Shown: in pieces, positions 36,118 to 48,228 of the stretch | Position numbering within the stretch: position 1 is the stretch's first letter | Layout of the letters: each line of letters starts with the position of its first letter | Source of the DNA: Dehalococcoidia bacterium | GTDB lineage: Bacteria; Chloroflexota; Dehalococcoidia; UBA2979 | Direction of reading: 5' to 3' | DNA: 63,957 nucleotides | Assembly (NCBI GenBank): GCA_009692705.1 | Contig: SHYR01000004.1 | Coordinates: 1 to 63,957 of the forward strand | Program-made: the position numbers and the translations under genes | The notes under the pieces: model-generated | What the model saw: only the letters and a program-made list of their open reading frames with translations | What the model was told of the DNA's origin: nothing | The model's database searches: none

Positions 36118-36612
36118 TCAAACGCCGCCCGCGAAGCGCCAGAAGGCGAGCAGCAGCGCCACCGCCACCAGAGCGGCGATCGCGATCAGCCGCAGGGAGG
36201 GCACCCGCAGCGCGGGGAACGTCGAGGGCGGTCGGCGGCGCAGCCCGGCGAACGGCTCGAGCTCCGGCGGGCGCGGCAGGTCGCGCGGCAGCAGCGAGAG
36301 CGCGGTCTCCGGGTCCAGCTCGAGGTGCTTCGCGTAGGCGCGCAGGAAGCCGCGCGCGTACACGGGCGCGGGCAGCACGTCGTAGTGCTCCTGCTCCAGC
36401 GCCTCTAAGTAGTCGGCGTTGATGCGGGTGTCGTTCGCGATCTCGGCGATCGTCAGCGCGCGCTGGCGGCGCGCCGCTCGCAGCAGCTCGCCGAGCCCCA
36501 CCTCGTCGGGCGGCGCGGCCTCGCGCGCGGCCGGCAGCCGCCCGGCCGGCAGCCGCCCGGGCGGCGCGGCCCGGTGCTCGCCCTTGTGGCGCCGGCGCAA
36601 TCGATCCAGCAC
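36118..36612 (-). CDS. RodZ-like HTH (HTH_25) membrane-anchored protein
   Basis: Contains LGELLRAARRQRALTIAEIANDTRINADYLEALEQEHYDVLPAPVYARGFLRAYAKHL followed by one TM segment (LIAIAALVAVALLLAFW). Confidence 0.6.
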   Translation of the reverse strand: MLDRLRRRHKGEHRAAPPGRLPAGRLPAAREAAPPDEVGLGELLRAARRQRALTIAEIANDTRINADYLEALEQEHYDVLPAPVYARGFLRAYAKHLELDPETALSLLPRDLPRPPELEPFAGLRRRPPSTFPALRVPSLRLIAIAALVAVALLLAFWRFAGGV

Positions 36613-36616
36613 GGCG

Positions 36617-37687
36617 TCAGCGCTCGGGGCCGGGGAACTCCACCAGCGACTTCAGCCCATCCATCGCCAGCCGCGAGGCGTAGGCCTCGGGGGCGTGCTC
36701 GATGTCGTAGCGGTTGGTCACGACCTCGTCGATGTGGGGCACCACGGGCAGCAGCGCGAGCGTGCGCCGGTACTGGTCCGAGGTGGCGTTCTGCGAGCCG
36801 CTGAGGATCACCTCGCCGTAGTGCACGAGGTTGGGGTCGAAGGGCACCAGCTCCCCGCGCGGGAAGCCGGCGAACATGTTCACGATCCCCTGCGGCCGTA
36901 CTAGCTCCAGCGCGGGCGCGACCAGCGCGAGCACGCCGGCGGTGAGCACGACGGCGTCCGCGCCGTAACCGCCGGTGGCCGCCTTCACGCGCGCGGGGAC
37001 GTTGTCGGTGGCCGGGTCGAGCACCACGTCGGCGCCCCAGCGCCGGGCGATCGCGCGGCGCTCCGCCACCGGCTCGCTGACGATGATCGGGCCGGCGCCG
37101 GCGGCGCGCGCCAGCAGCACGTGCAGCAGCCCCATCGGGCCCGCGCCCACGATCGCCAGCGAGCTGCCGGGGGCGACGGCGCAGAGGTCGAGCGACGCGA
37201 TCACGCAGGCCGACGGCTCGGTGAGCGCCGCCACGTCCAGCGGCAGCTCGTCCGGCACGCGCAGGACGTGGCCGAGCGCCACCAGCTCGGCGGGCACCAG
37301 CAGGTGATCTGCGAAACCGCCGTCGACGTCGTAGCCGAGCGTGCGCCGGTTCACGCAGCGGTTGCGCCGCCCGACCTGGCAGAAGCGGCAGTGGCCGCAG
37401 GCGATCACCGGGCAGATCACGACACGATCGCCCTCCGCGTAGCTCGCCACGCCCGCGCCGAGCGCGTCGATCACGCCGGCGATCTCGTGGCCGGGGATGA
37501 CGCCGGGGCGGGCGTACTTCTCGCCGCGGTAGACGCGCACGTCGGAGGCGCAGAGCGAGGCCGCGCGCATGCGCAGCCGCAGCTCGCCGGCGGCGGGCTG
37601 CGGCAGGGGCCGGTCCTCCACCGCGACCTTGCCGGGGGCGTGGAACACCGTCGCGCGCATCGTCGCTTTCGTCTTCGAGGTAGCCAT
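36617..37687 (-). CDS. Zinc-dependent medium-chain alcohol/polyol dehydrogenase
   Basis: Contains LCASDVRVYRG, GHEIAGVI, the structural-zinc motif CGHCRFCQVGRRNRC, and the Rossmann motif IVGAGPMG. The alternative start is ATG 37660. Confidence 0.8.
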   Translation of the reverse strand: MATSKTKATMRATVFHAPGKVAVEDRPLPQPAAGELRLRMRAASLCASDVRVYRGEKYARPGVIPGHEIAGVIDALGAGVASYAEGDRVVICPVIACGHCRFCQVGRRNRCVNRRTLGYDVDGGFADHLLVPAELVALGHVLRVPDELPLDVAALTEPSACVIASLDLCAVAPGSSLAIVGAGPMGLLHVLLARAAGAGPIIVSEPVAERRAIARRWGADVVLDPATDNVPARVKAATGGYGADAVVLTAGVLALVAPALELVRPQGIVNMFAGFPRGELVPFDPNLVHYGEVILSGSQNATSDQYRRTLALLPVVPHIDEVVTNRYDIEHAPEAYASRLAMDGLKSLVEFPGPER

Positions 37688-37772
37688 GGACAGTCCCGCC
37701 GTCCGTGACGCGCACACGCCGGGGGGCGCGGCCGACGTCGCAGCGAGTATCGCAGCGCGAAGCGGGCTGGCG

Positions 37773-38042
37773 CTAGGAGCCGGTCGCAGCCTGCTTGAGC
37801 GCGCGCGCCAGGCGCGACTTGCGCCGCGCCGCGGCGTTGGGGTGGATGATGTGGTGCCGCGCGGCGCGGTCGAGCGCGACCTGGGCCGCGCGCAGCCGCT
37901 CGGCGGCGTCGGCATCACCGGCCGCGATCGCCTCGCGGGCGTCGCGCACGGTGTGTGCGGCGCGGGTGCGCAGCGGCTTGTTGCGGGCGGCGCTGGTGAC
38001 GTTCTGGCGCACGCGCTTGCGGGCTGAGTTCGAATGGGCCAT
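37773..38042 (-). CDS. rpsT: 30S ribosomal protein S20
   Basis: MAHSNSARKRVRQNVTSAARNKPLRTRAAHTVRDAREAI... (89 aa) lies at the end of spurious ORF 37773..39611. Confidence 0.9.
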   Translation of the reverse strand: MAHSNSARKRVRQNVTSAARNKPLRTRAAHTVRDAREAIAAGDADAAERLRAAQVALDRAARHHIIHPNAAARRKSRLARALKQAATGS

Positions 38043-38158
38043 GTGCGGACGCCCCTCCTGCGGGCGGACCGTGATCTTAGTCCCGGCGCCGGGCCTGCGT
38101 CCACGCCCGCCGGCCGCGCCCCCCGCCCGGGCGGGGGCTAGACTGGCGCGCGATGAAC

Positions 38159-38189
38159 GCCATCGACGCCATCGACGCCATCGACGCCA
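38159..38189. repeat. 9-bp tandem repeat (GCCATCGAC)x3.4 in the rpsT-murJ intergenic region
   Basis: Three perfect copies plus a partial one, lying inside a possible 32-codon upstream ORF. Confidence 0.85.
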
Positions 38190-38240
38190 GCGAGGCCGGC
38201 GGGGCGCGCCACCGCCGCCGCGCGCCCGCCGGCCACCGCC

Positions 38241-39866
38241 ATGGCGGATGAGGGCCGGGGCCCGGGCGTGAGCGCCGGGCGGCTGGGGCGCTTCCTCGCG
38301 GACGGGGGCACGCGCGGCGTCGCGGGCGCGGCCGGCATCGTCGCGCTCGGGTTCCTCGGCTCCCGGCTGCTCGGGCTGCTGCGCTCGGTCGCGATCGCGC
38401 ACGCTTTCGGCACCGAGCCGGAGCTGGCGGCGTACTGGGTCGCCTTCCGGTTGCCAGACCTGGTGTTCCAGGTGCTTGCGGGGGCCACGCTCTCGGCGGC
38501 GTTCATCCCCACTTTCAGCCGGGTGGCGCTGCGCGGCGGCGATGAGGCCTCGTGGCGGCTGGCGTCGAGCGTGCTCAACTTGATCGCGCTCGCCACCACG
38601 CTCGCGGCGGCGGTGGCGTTCCTGCTCGCGCCGCTGCTGGTGCCGTGGCTCGCGCCCGGGCTCGGCGCCGAGGGCGGGGACCAGGAGCGCCTGCGCGCGC
38701 TGGCGGTGGACCTCACGCGGCTGATGCTGATCTCGCCGGTGCTGTTTGGCGTCTCCGGGATGATGACCGGGATCCTGAACGCGCGCCAGCGCTTCCTTGC
38801 CCCGGCGCTGGCGCCGTTGCTCTACAACGCCTCGATCATCGTCGGCGCGGTGGCGCTGGCGGGACCGCTCGGCGTGCGCGGGCTCGCGCTGGCCGTGGTG
38901 GCCGGGAGCGCCGGACACCTGCTGGTGCAGTTGCCCGCGCTGCGCGCCGCGGGCATGCGCTGGGCGCCCTCGTTCGACCTCGCCAGCGAGGGCGTGCGCG
39001 AGGTGGCGCGGCTGATGGGGCCGCGCGTGCTCGGGCTCGCGGCGTGGCAGGTCAACCTCGTGGTGGTGATCTTCTTCGCCTCCTTCGTCTCGGACGCGGC
39101 GATCAGCGCGGTGAACTACGCGTTCATGATCGCGATGCTGCCGGTGGCGGTGGTCGGGATGGCGATCTCGACGGCGGTGTTCCCGTCGCTGGCGCAGCAG
39201 GCGGCCGCGCGCCAGTTCACCGCGCTGCGCCAGTCGCTCTCCGCCAGCCTGCGCTTGATCCTCTTCCTGGCGGTCCCGGCCTCGGTCGGCCTGATCGCGC
39301 TGGCGCGCCCCGCGGTGCGGCTGCTGCTCGAGCGCGGCGCCTTCGACGCCGACGCCACCGACCTGGTGGTGGGCGCGACGGCGGTCTACGCGGTCGGCAT
39401 CTTCGCGCACGGCGGGATCGAGATCCTGAGCCGCGGGTTCTACGCGCTCGCCGACACGCGCACGCCGGTGCTGCTGGCGGTGCTCTCGATGGTGGTCAAC
39501 GTCGTGCTCTGTGCGCTGCTGGTGGCGCCGCTGGGTGTGCGCGGGCTGGCGGCCGCCGCCTCGCTCTCCGCCGTGCTGGAGTTCGCGCTCTTGCTGCGCG
39601 CGCTCCAGCACCGCCTCGGGGGCCTCGATGCCCCGGGGCTGCGGCGCTCCGCCGTGCGCACGCTGGCGGCCACCGTGCTGATGGCGGAGGCACTCGTGCT
39701 GCTGCTGATGCTGCTGGCTGTGGCCGGCGTGGACGACGGCGCCGCCGCCGGCGCGCTGATCTACTGCGTCGCGGGCGTGGCCGTCGGCGGCGCGACTTAC
39801 ACGCTGGCGGCGCTGGCGCTGCGCAGCGAGGAGGCCCGGCTGCTGGCGCGGCGGCTCGGCCGCTAG
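38241..39866 (+). CDS. murJ: Lipid II flippase MurJ/MviN
   Basis: Contains LGFLGSRLLGLLRSVAIAHAFGT, AYWVAFRLPDLVFQVLAGATLSAAFIPTFS, and about 14 TM segments. Confidence 0.85.
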   Translation: MADEGRGPGVSAGRLGRFLADGGTRGVAGAAGIVALGFLGSRLLGLLRSVAIAHAFGTEPELAAYWVAFRLPDLVFQVLAGATLSAAFIPTFSRVALRGGDEASWRLASSVLNLIALATTLAAAVAFLLAPLLVPWLAPGLGAEGGDQERLRALAVDLTRLMLISPVLFGVSGMMTGILNARQRFLAPALAPLLYNASIIVGAVALAGPLGVRGLALAVVAGSAGHLLVQLPALRAAGMRWAPSFDLASEGVREVARLMGPRVLGLAAWQVNLVVVIFFASFVSDAAISAVNYAFMIAMLPVAVVGMAISTAVFPSLAQQAAARQFTALRQSLSASLRLILFLAVPASVGLIALARPAVRLLLERGAFDADATDLVVGATAVYAVGIFAHGGIEILSRGFYALADTRTPVLLAVLSMVVNVVLCALLVAPLGVRGLAAAASLSAVLEFALLLRALQHRLGGLDAPGLRRSAVRTLAATVLMAEALVLLLMLLAVAGVDDGAAAGALIYCVAGVAVGGATYTLAALALRSEEARLLARRLGR

Positions 39867-39993
39867 CGGCGCGCGCCGCGCCGGCGCGCTATACTGGACG
39901 CGCCCACCACACTACAAGGGCACACACCAAAACCGGCGCGCCGGCGGTGCGATGCCGCGCAGCACGCGGGGGCGGGACGGGAGACGGGACGGG

Positions 39994-40425
39994 ATGGCCA
40001 ACGACCGCGATCTGACCTGCCGCGATTGCGGCGGCAGCTTTATCTTCACCGCCGGTGAGCAGGAGTTCTACGCCAGTAAGGGGCTCCAGAACGACCCCGT
40101 GCGTTGCCCCTCCTGCCGCGCCACCCGCAAGATGATGCGGCCCGAGGACCGCGACGAGACCCCCAGCTACGGCGTCTACGTCTCATGGGGCGGCCGCACC
40201 CCGCGCCAGTTGCACGTCGCCAACTGCTCGGGCTGCGGCAAGGCCGCCGAGGTGCCGTTCGTGCCGCGCGGCGACCGGCCGGTGTTCTGCTCCGACTGCT
40301 ACAACGACGAGCGCAAGCGCCAGGAGGTCGCGCAGCAGCAGGAGGCGGAGGCGGTGTCCGCCCGCGCCGTGCACCACGGCGGCCCCAGCACCACCGCCGG
40401 GGACTTCGAGGGCTCCGGCCGCTAA
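39994..40425 (+). CDS. Double zinc-ribbon protein (zf-trcl-like N-terminal ribbon plus CxxC...CxxC C-terminal ribbon)
   Basis: Contains LTCRDCGGSFIFTAGEQEFYASKGLQNDPVRCPSCRA and CSGCGKAAEVPFVPRGDRPVFCSDCY. ATG at 39994 follows GGGAGA. Confidence 0.6.
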   Translation: MANDRDLTCRDCGGSFIFTAGEQEFYASKGLQNDPVRCPSCRATRKMMRPEDRDETPSYGVYVSWGGRTPRQLHVANCSGCGKAAEVPFVPRGDRPVFCSDCYNDERKRQEVAQQQEAEAVSARAVHHGGPSTTAGDFEGSGR

Positions 40426-40505
40426 CACCTCGGCGCACGCTCCCACGGCAGCGGCCCCAGCGCGCCCTCCGGCCGGGGACTTCGAGGGCCCCGGGCCGCT
40501 AACAC
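40397..40505. repeat. Imperfect direct duplication of the 3' end of the zinc-ribbon gene (32/33-nt units)
   Basis: ccggggacttcgagggctccggccgctaacac (40397-40428) against ccggggacttcgagggccccgggccgctaacac (40473-40505). In addition, cggcgcacgctc recurs at 40431 and 40535. Confidence 0.8.
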
Positions 40506-40522
40506 TGCGGCGGTGGGACTCG

Positions 40523-40552
40523 TTGCTTGCGCCCCGGCGCACGCTCTAGACT
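40523..40552 (+). promoter_or_regulatory. Candidate promoter of the ileS T-box leader (TTGCTT-N18-TAGACT)
   Basis: -35 box at 40523-28 and -10 box at 40547-52. The predicted start site near 40559 lies just before the Stem I elements. Confidence 0.5.
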
Positions 40553-40558
40553 GCCTGT

Positions 40559-40867
40559 AGAGGCTGTGACGGAGAGAGTAGCCCCGCGGCATGGCCCTCA
40601 GCGAGTCCGGGACGGTGTGAGCCGGACGCAAGCCAGCGGGTCGAAGCTCACTCCCGAGCCGCCGGTCGAACGCCGCCCCGCCACGCGCGGGGCGGTCAGT
40701 AGCTCCGGCCGGAGCGCCCACCGTTAGCAGGGGCAGCGCCATCGGCGGGGCCGTGAGCCCGGCCCGCGGCGCGGAAAGCGGCGACGCCACAGTCGGAGCG
40801 ACCGACGCGGTTCGCAACGTGGGTGGTACCGCGGGCCCCGGGCCCGTCCCGCAGGGGCGGGCTTTTT
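40559..40867 (+). promoter_or_regulatory. T-box riboswitch leader with intrinsic terminator, upstream of ileS
   Basis: Elements seen: AGAGAGUA (40573-80); AGCGA bulge (40600-04); GUCCGG/CCGGAC hairpin with a GGUGUGA loop; CCGUUA (40721-26); T-box GGGUGGUACCGCG (40821-33); GC hairpin 40842-62 followed by UUUUU. Confidence 0.8.
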
Positions 40868-40924
40868 CGTGCCCGCCGCGGAACGCCCGCGAGGTAAGCG
40901 CGAAGTCGAAGTAGGGGGCAGCCG

Positions 40925-44205
<3,281 letters not shown>

Positions 44206-44209
<4 letters not shown>

Positions 44210-45261
44210 TCGCGGTCGCCCAGGTCGTCCAGGTCGCCCCGGTCGCGCCGACTGTGGGCGCGGGTGCGCTCGCCGGGGCCGTGGGACGGAGGCGCTGCGG
44301 CGTCCTGCTCCGGCCGGAGCACGAGCCCGCGCAGCAGCGCGACGAGGGAGCGCCGCCAGCCCGCCTCGGTGGCGCCGGCGTGACCGTGACGCGGCTCCTC
44401 CGCGAGCACGTGCGGGACCTCGGCGGCCACCTCCGCGCCGAAGAGCAGGATGTTGGCGCTGAGATAGATCCAGAGCAGCAGGGCGATCACGCCGCCCAGC
44501 GAGCCGTACACCACGTTGTAGGCGGCGAAGTACGCCAGGTAGGTCGCGAAGCCGTGCTTCAGCGCCTCGAAGCCCAGCGCCGCCAGCAGCGCGCCCGGCC
44601 AGGCGTCCTGCACGCGGACCTTCGTGTTCGGCAGCAGCCAGTAGAGGAAGAGGAACATCGCGAAGCTGATCAGCGCGGGCAGGGTCAACGCCCCGAGGTC
44701 CCACAGCCAGCGCAGCTCGCCGCCTAGCCACGGCAGCGCGTCCGCGCGCGCCTGCGCCACCCGCCACGCCGCGGTGAGCGCGAACGACGCCAGCAGCAGC
44801 AGCCCCAGCCCCGGCAGCAGCGCGTAGTCGATCAGCTTGCCGCGCAGGTACGGCCGCCCGCGCCGGGCGTCGAACGCCACGTCCAGGGAGTGCCGGACCG
44901 CCGCGGAGAGTGCGCCCGCGGTCCACAGCGCCCCGGCCAGCGACACCACCGTCAGCGTGGGTCCGAGGTGTGCGACGGCGCGCAGCGAGCTTTCGATGCT
45001 GGTGGCCTCGATCGGCAGCAGGTCGACGATCGCCTGCAGCACGCGCCCCTGCACGGCGGCGTTGCGCAGCACGATGCCGAAGATCGAGACCGCGAGCAGG
45101 GTGAGCGGAAAGAGCGAGAAGAGCGCGAAGTACGAGATCGCCGCCGCCATCTGCGTGCAGCGGTCCTCGGTGAAGTTGATCGTGGCGCGGCGCAGGATGC
45201 GCGCGGCCAGCATCAGCGGCGGGTGTCTGCGGCGCGCGCGCGCTGCCTGCCAGTTCGCCAT
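44206..45261 (-). CDS. YihY/BrkB-family (ribonuclease BN-like) inner-membrane protein
   Basis: ATG at 45261. Contains FTEDRCTQMAAAISYFALFSLFPL, six TM segments, and WIYLSANILLFGAEV. Confidence 0.8.
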
Positions 45262-45369
45262 GTGGCACCTCCGAGCGTTCTCCTCGACGCGGAGCGGAGC
45301 ATCGGTGATCCTAAGACGCGATCCTATGATGCGCCGGACGCACCCTGGATCAACCAGAGGAGGTCGCAC

Positions 45370-46512
45370 GTGCCCGGCGCCGAGACGCAAGCCAGCGCGT
45401 TGCCGCACCGCCGCGTGGTGCTGAAGGTGGGCACCAACCTGCTCACCGCCGGAACGACGCGCCTTGACCGCGCGGCGATGGCGCGTATCGCCGGCCAGGT
45501 GGCGACGCTGCGGGAGCGCGGCGACCAGACGATCCTTGTCAGCTCCGGTGCGATCGCCGCCGGCCGCGCTCGCCTCGGCGACGGCGAGGCGCACCGCGAC
45601 GTGCGGCGGCGCCAGGTGCTCGCCGCGGTCGGGCAGAGCCGCCTGATGGCGCTCTGGGACGCGCTGTTCGAGGCCCGCGGCGTTACCTGCGCGCAGGCGC
45701 TGCTTACCCGCGCCGACCTCAGCGACCGCCTCGGCTACCTCAACGCGCGCAACACGCTGCTGGCGCTGCTGGAGCTGGGCGTGGTGCCGATCGTGAACGA
45801 GAACGACGTGGTCTCCGTGGAGGAGATCGAAGACTCGGCGTTCGGCGACAACGACAACCTCTCGGCGCAGGTCGCCAACCTCGTCGACGCCGACCTGCTG
45901 CTGATGCTCACCGACGCCGCTGGGCTCTACACCACCAACCCGAAGCAGGACCACACCGCCACGCTGATCGAGACCGTGGAGGTCGTCGACGACGCGGTCC
46001 GGCGCGCCGCCGCCGGCAGCCCCGGCGCGCGCGGCACCGGGGGCATGGCGACCAAGGTGGAGGCCGCGCGCACCGCGATGCAGTCCGGCACGCACGTCGT
46101 GATCGCCGACGGCCGCGTCGACGGGATCGTGCTGCGCGCGGTCGCCGGTGAGCGCGTGGGCACGCACTTCGTGCCGCGCGGCACGCGGCTGGAGAGCCGT
46201 CGCCGCTACTTGCTCTCCGGGCTGCCGGTGCGCGGGAGCCTCACGATCGACGACGGCGCGGCGCGCGCGATCGAAGGCAGCGGCACCTCGTTGCTGCCGG
46301 TGGGCGTGGTGGAGGTCGCAGGCGAGTTCCAGCGCGGCGACCTGGTGCGCATCCAGACCAGCGACGGCCGACACGTGGCGAGCGGGGTGTCCAACTACAG
46401 CGCGGAGGAGGTGGCGCGCATCCGCGGGCAGCGCTCGCAGAGCATCGCCGAACTGCTGGGCCACCAGTACGGCGAAGAGGTGGTGCACCGCAACAACCTC
46501 GCGCTGGCCTGA
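45370..46512 (+). CDS. proB: Glutamate 5-kinase with a PUA domain
   Basis: GTG at 45370 follows AGGAGG plus 6 nt. Contains VVLKVGTNLLT, VSSGAIAAG, NENDVV, FGDNDNLSA and GTGGMATK, plus the C-terminal PUA motif (GDLVRI). Confidence 0.9.
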   Translation: MPGAETQASALPHRRVVLKVGTNLLTAGTTRLDRAAMARIAGQVATLRERGDQTILVSSGAIAAGRARLGDGEAHRDVRRRQVLAAVGQSRLMALWDALFEARGVTCAQALLTRADLSDRLGYLNARNTLLALLELGVVPIVNENDVVSVEEIEDSAFGDNDNLSAQVANLVDADLLLMLTDAAGLYTTNPKQDHTATLIETVEVVDDAVRRAAAGSPGARGTGGMATKVEAARTAMQSGTHVVIADGRVDGIVLRAVAGERVGTHFVPRGTRLESRRRYLLSGLPVRGSLTIDDGAARAIEGSGTSLLPVGVVEVAGEFQRGDLVRIQTSDGRHVASGVSNYSAEEVARIRGQRSQSIAELLGHQYGEEVVHRNNLALA

Positions 46513-46571
46513 GGGCCCGGCGTCGGGCCGGGAGCGCTTCCGGCGAGCGAACTCGTGTAGGATCGATCTCG

Positions 46572-47843
46572 ATGGCTACTCGCACACAGTCGGAGGCGGT
46601 GGAGCGGGCGGCGCGGGCGCGCGCGGCCAGCCGCCGCATGGGCGCCGTCAGCACCGACCAGAAGAACGATGCCATGGAGCGCATCGCCGCGGCGCTGCTC
46701 GCCGGGCAGGACGAGCTGCTGGCGATCAACGCGCGCGAGCTCGCGCGCGCCCGCGAGCACAGCGTGGCCGGCTCCTTCCTCGAACGCATGACGCTCTCAC
46801 CGGAGCGCATCGCCGGCATCGCCGCCGACACCCGCAATATCGCGCGCCTGCCCGACCCCGTGGGCGAGACGATCGACATGACGACGCGGCCCAGCGGCCT
46901 GCAGATCGGGCGCGTGCGCGTGCCGCTGGGCGTGATCGGCGCGATCTACGAGTCGCGGCCCAACGTCACCGTGGACATCGCGACGCTCTGCCTGAAGGCC
47001 GGCAACGCCGTCGTGCTGCGCTCTGGCAGCGATGCCCACGCCAGCTCGCAGGCGCTGGCCGCGATCGTGGCGCGCGAGGCGGAGGCCGCCGGGCTGCCCG
47101 CCGGCGCCGTGCAGTTCATCGACTCCACCGACCGCGAGGAGGTGGGCGCGCTGCTCGGCGCGCACCGTTACATCGACCTGCTGGTGCCGCGCGGTGGCGC
47201 CGATCTGATCCGCCGCGTGCGCGAAGAGGCGACGATGCCGGTGGTGACCGGCGGTATCGGCGTCTGCCACACTTACGTTGACGCCGCCGCGGACCTCGAG
47301 ATGGCGACGCGCATTGTGGTCAACGCCAAGACGGAGCGCCCGTCCGTCTGCAACGCGATGGACACGCTGCTGGTGCATGCCGCGGTCGCGGAGCGCTTCC
47401 TGCCGGCGATCGCGGCGGCGCTCGGAGCGCGCGGCGTCACGCTGCACGTCGACCAGCGCGCGGCCGCGCTCTGCGGCACGCGCGCCCGCACCGTCGCCGT
47501 GACGCCGGAGGACTACGACCGCGAGTGGCTCTCGCTCGACTGCTCGGTGCGCGTGGTCGGCTCGCTCGAGGCCGCGCTCGAGCACATCGAGGCGCACGGC
47601 AGCGGGCACTCGGAGGCGATCGTGACGGACTCGTGGGCGGCGGCGCAGCGCTTCCAGCGTGAAGCGGACGCGGCGGCGGTGTTCGTCAACGCCTCCACCT
47701 ACTTCCACGACGGCGCACAGTTCGGCCTCGGCTCGGAGCTCGGCATCTCGACGCAGAAGATGCACGCGCGCGGGCCGATGGGGCTGCGTGAGTTGACCTC
47801 CTACAAGTGGATCGTGCTGGGCACCGGCCAGATCCGGACCTGA
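46572..47843 (+). CDS. proA: Gamma-glutamyl phosphate reductase
   Basis: Contains IYESRPNVTVD, NAVVLRSGS, active-site VCNAMDTLLVH, and GHSEAIVT. A TAGGAT box lies 8 nt before the ATG. Confidence 0.92.
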   Translation: MATRTQSEAVERAARARAASRRMGAVSTDQKNDAMERIAAALLAGQDELLAINARELARAREHSVAGSFLERMTLSPERIAGIAADTRNIARLPDPVGETIDMTTRPSGLQIGRVRVPLGVIGAIYESRPNVTVDIATLCLKAGNAVVLRSGSDAHASSQALAAIVAREAEAAGLPAGAVQFIDSTDREEVGALLGAHRYIDLLVPRGGADLIRRVREEATMPVVTGGIGVCHTYVDAAADLEMATRIVVNAKTERPSVCNAMDTLLVHAAVAERFLPAIAAALGARGVTLHVDQRAAALCGTRARTVAVTPEDYDREWLSLDCSVRVVGSLEAALEHIEAHGSGHSEAIVTDSWAAAQRFQREADAAAVFVNASTYFHDGAQFGLGSELGISTQKMHARGPMGLRELTSYKWIVLGTGQIRT

Positions 47844-47880
47844 CCCGCGCCCCGCACCGCGATGGACCGGAGCAACACCG

Positions 47881-48198
47881 ATGGCCGAGTACCGCTTCGA
47901 GCGCGAGGCGCGCACCCCGTTCTCTGAGTCGTACACGATCGAGGACGGGGAGCACTCGCTGGGGCGCGTCGACCTGCACTACAGCTCGTCGGTGACCTAC
48001 GCCACGCTCAACGTCCACCACTCGCTCAGCGAAGAGGCGGTGCAGGAGTTGATCGCGGAGATCGACGACCGCATCGTGGGCTCCGCCGACCCCTACCGCG
48101 AGGATCTGATCGTGACGATCTGGCGCGGCGAGGAGGTGGGCGTGTGGGCCGCCGACAGCGCCGAAGCTGACGAGGACGCCGAGACGGACGGCGCCTAG
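47881..48198 (+). CDS. Hypothetical acidic protein (105 aa)
   Basis: Natural composition, with SD GGAG 8 nt upstream. No family recognised. Confidence 0.5.
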   Translation: MAEYRFEREARTPFSESYTIEDGEHSLGRVDLHYSSSVTYATLNVHHSLSEEAVQELIAEIDDRIVGSADPYREDLIVTIWRGEEVGVWAADSAEADEDAETDGA

Positions 48199-48228
48199 CC
48201 GCGCGCGGCGCAGTGCGACGCCCCGAGC

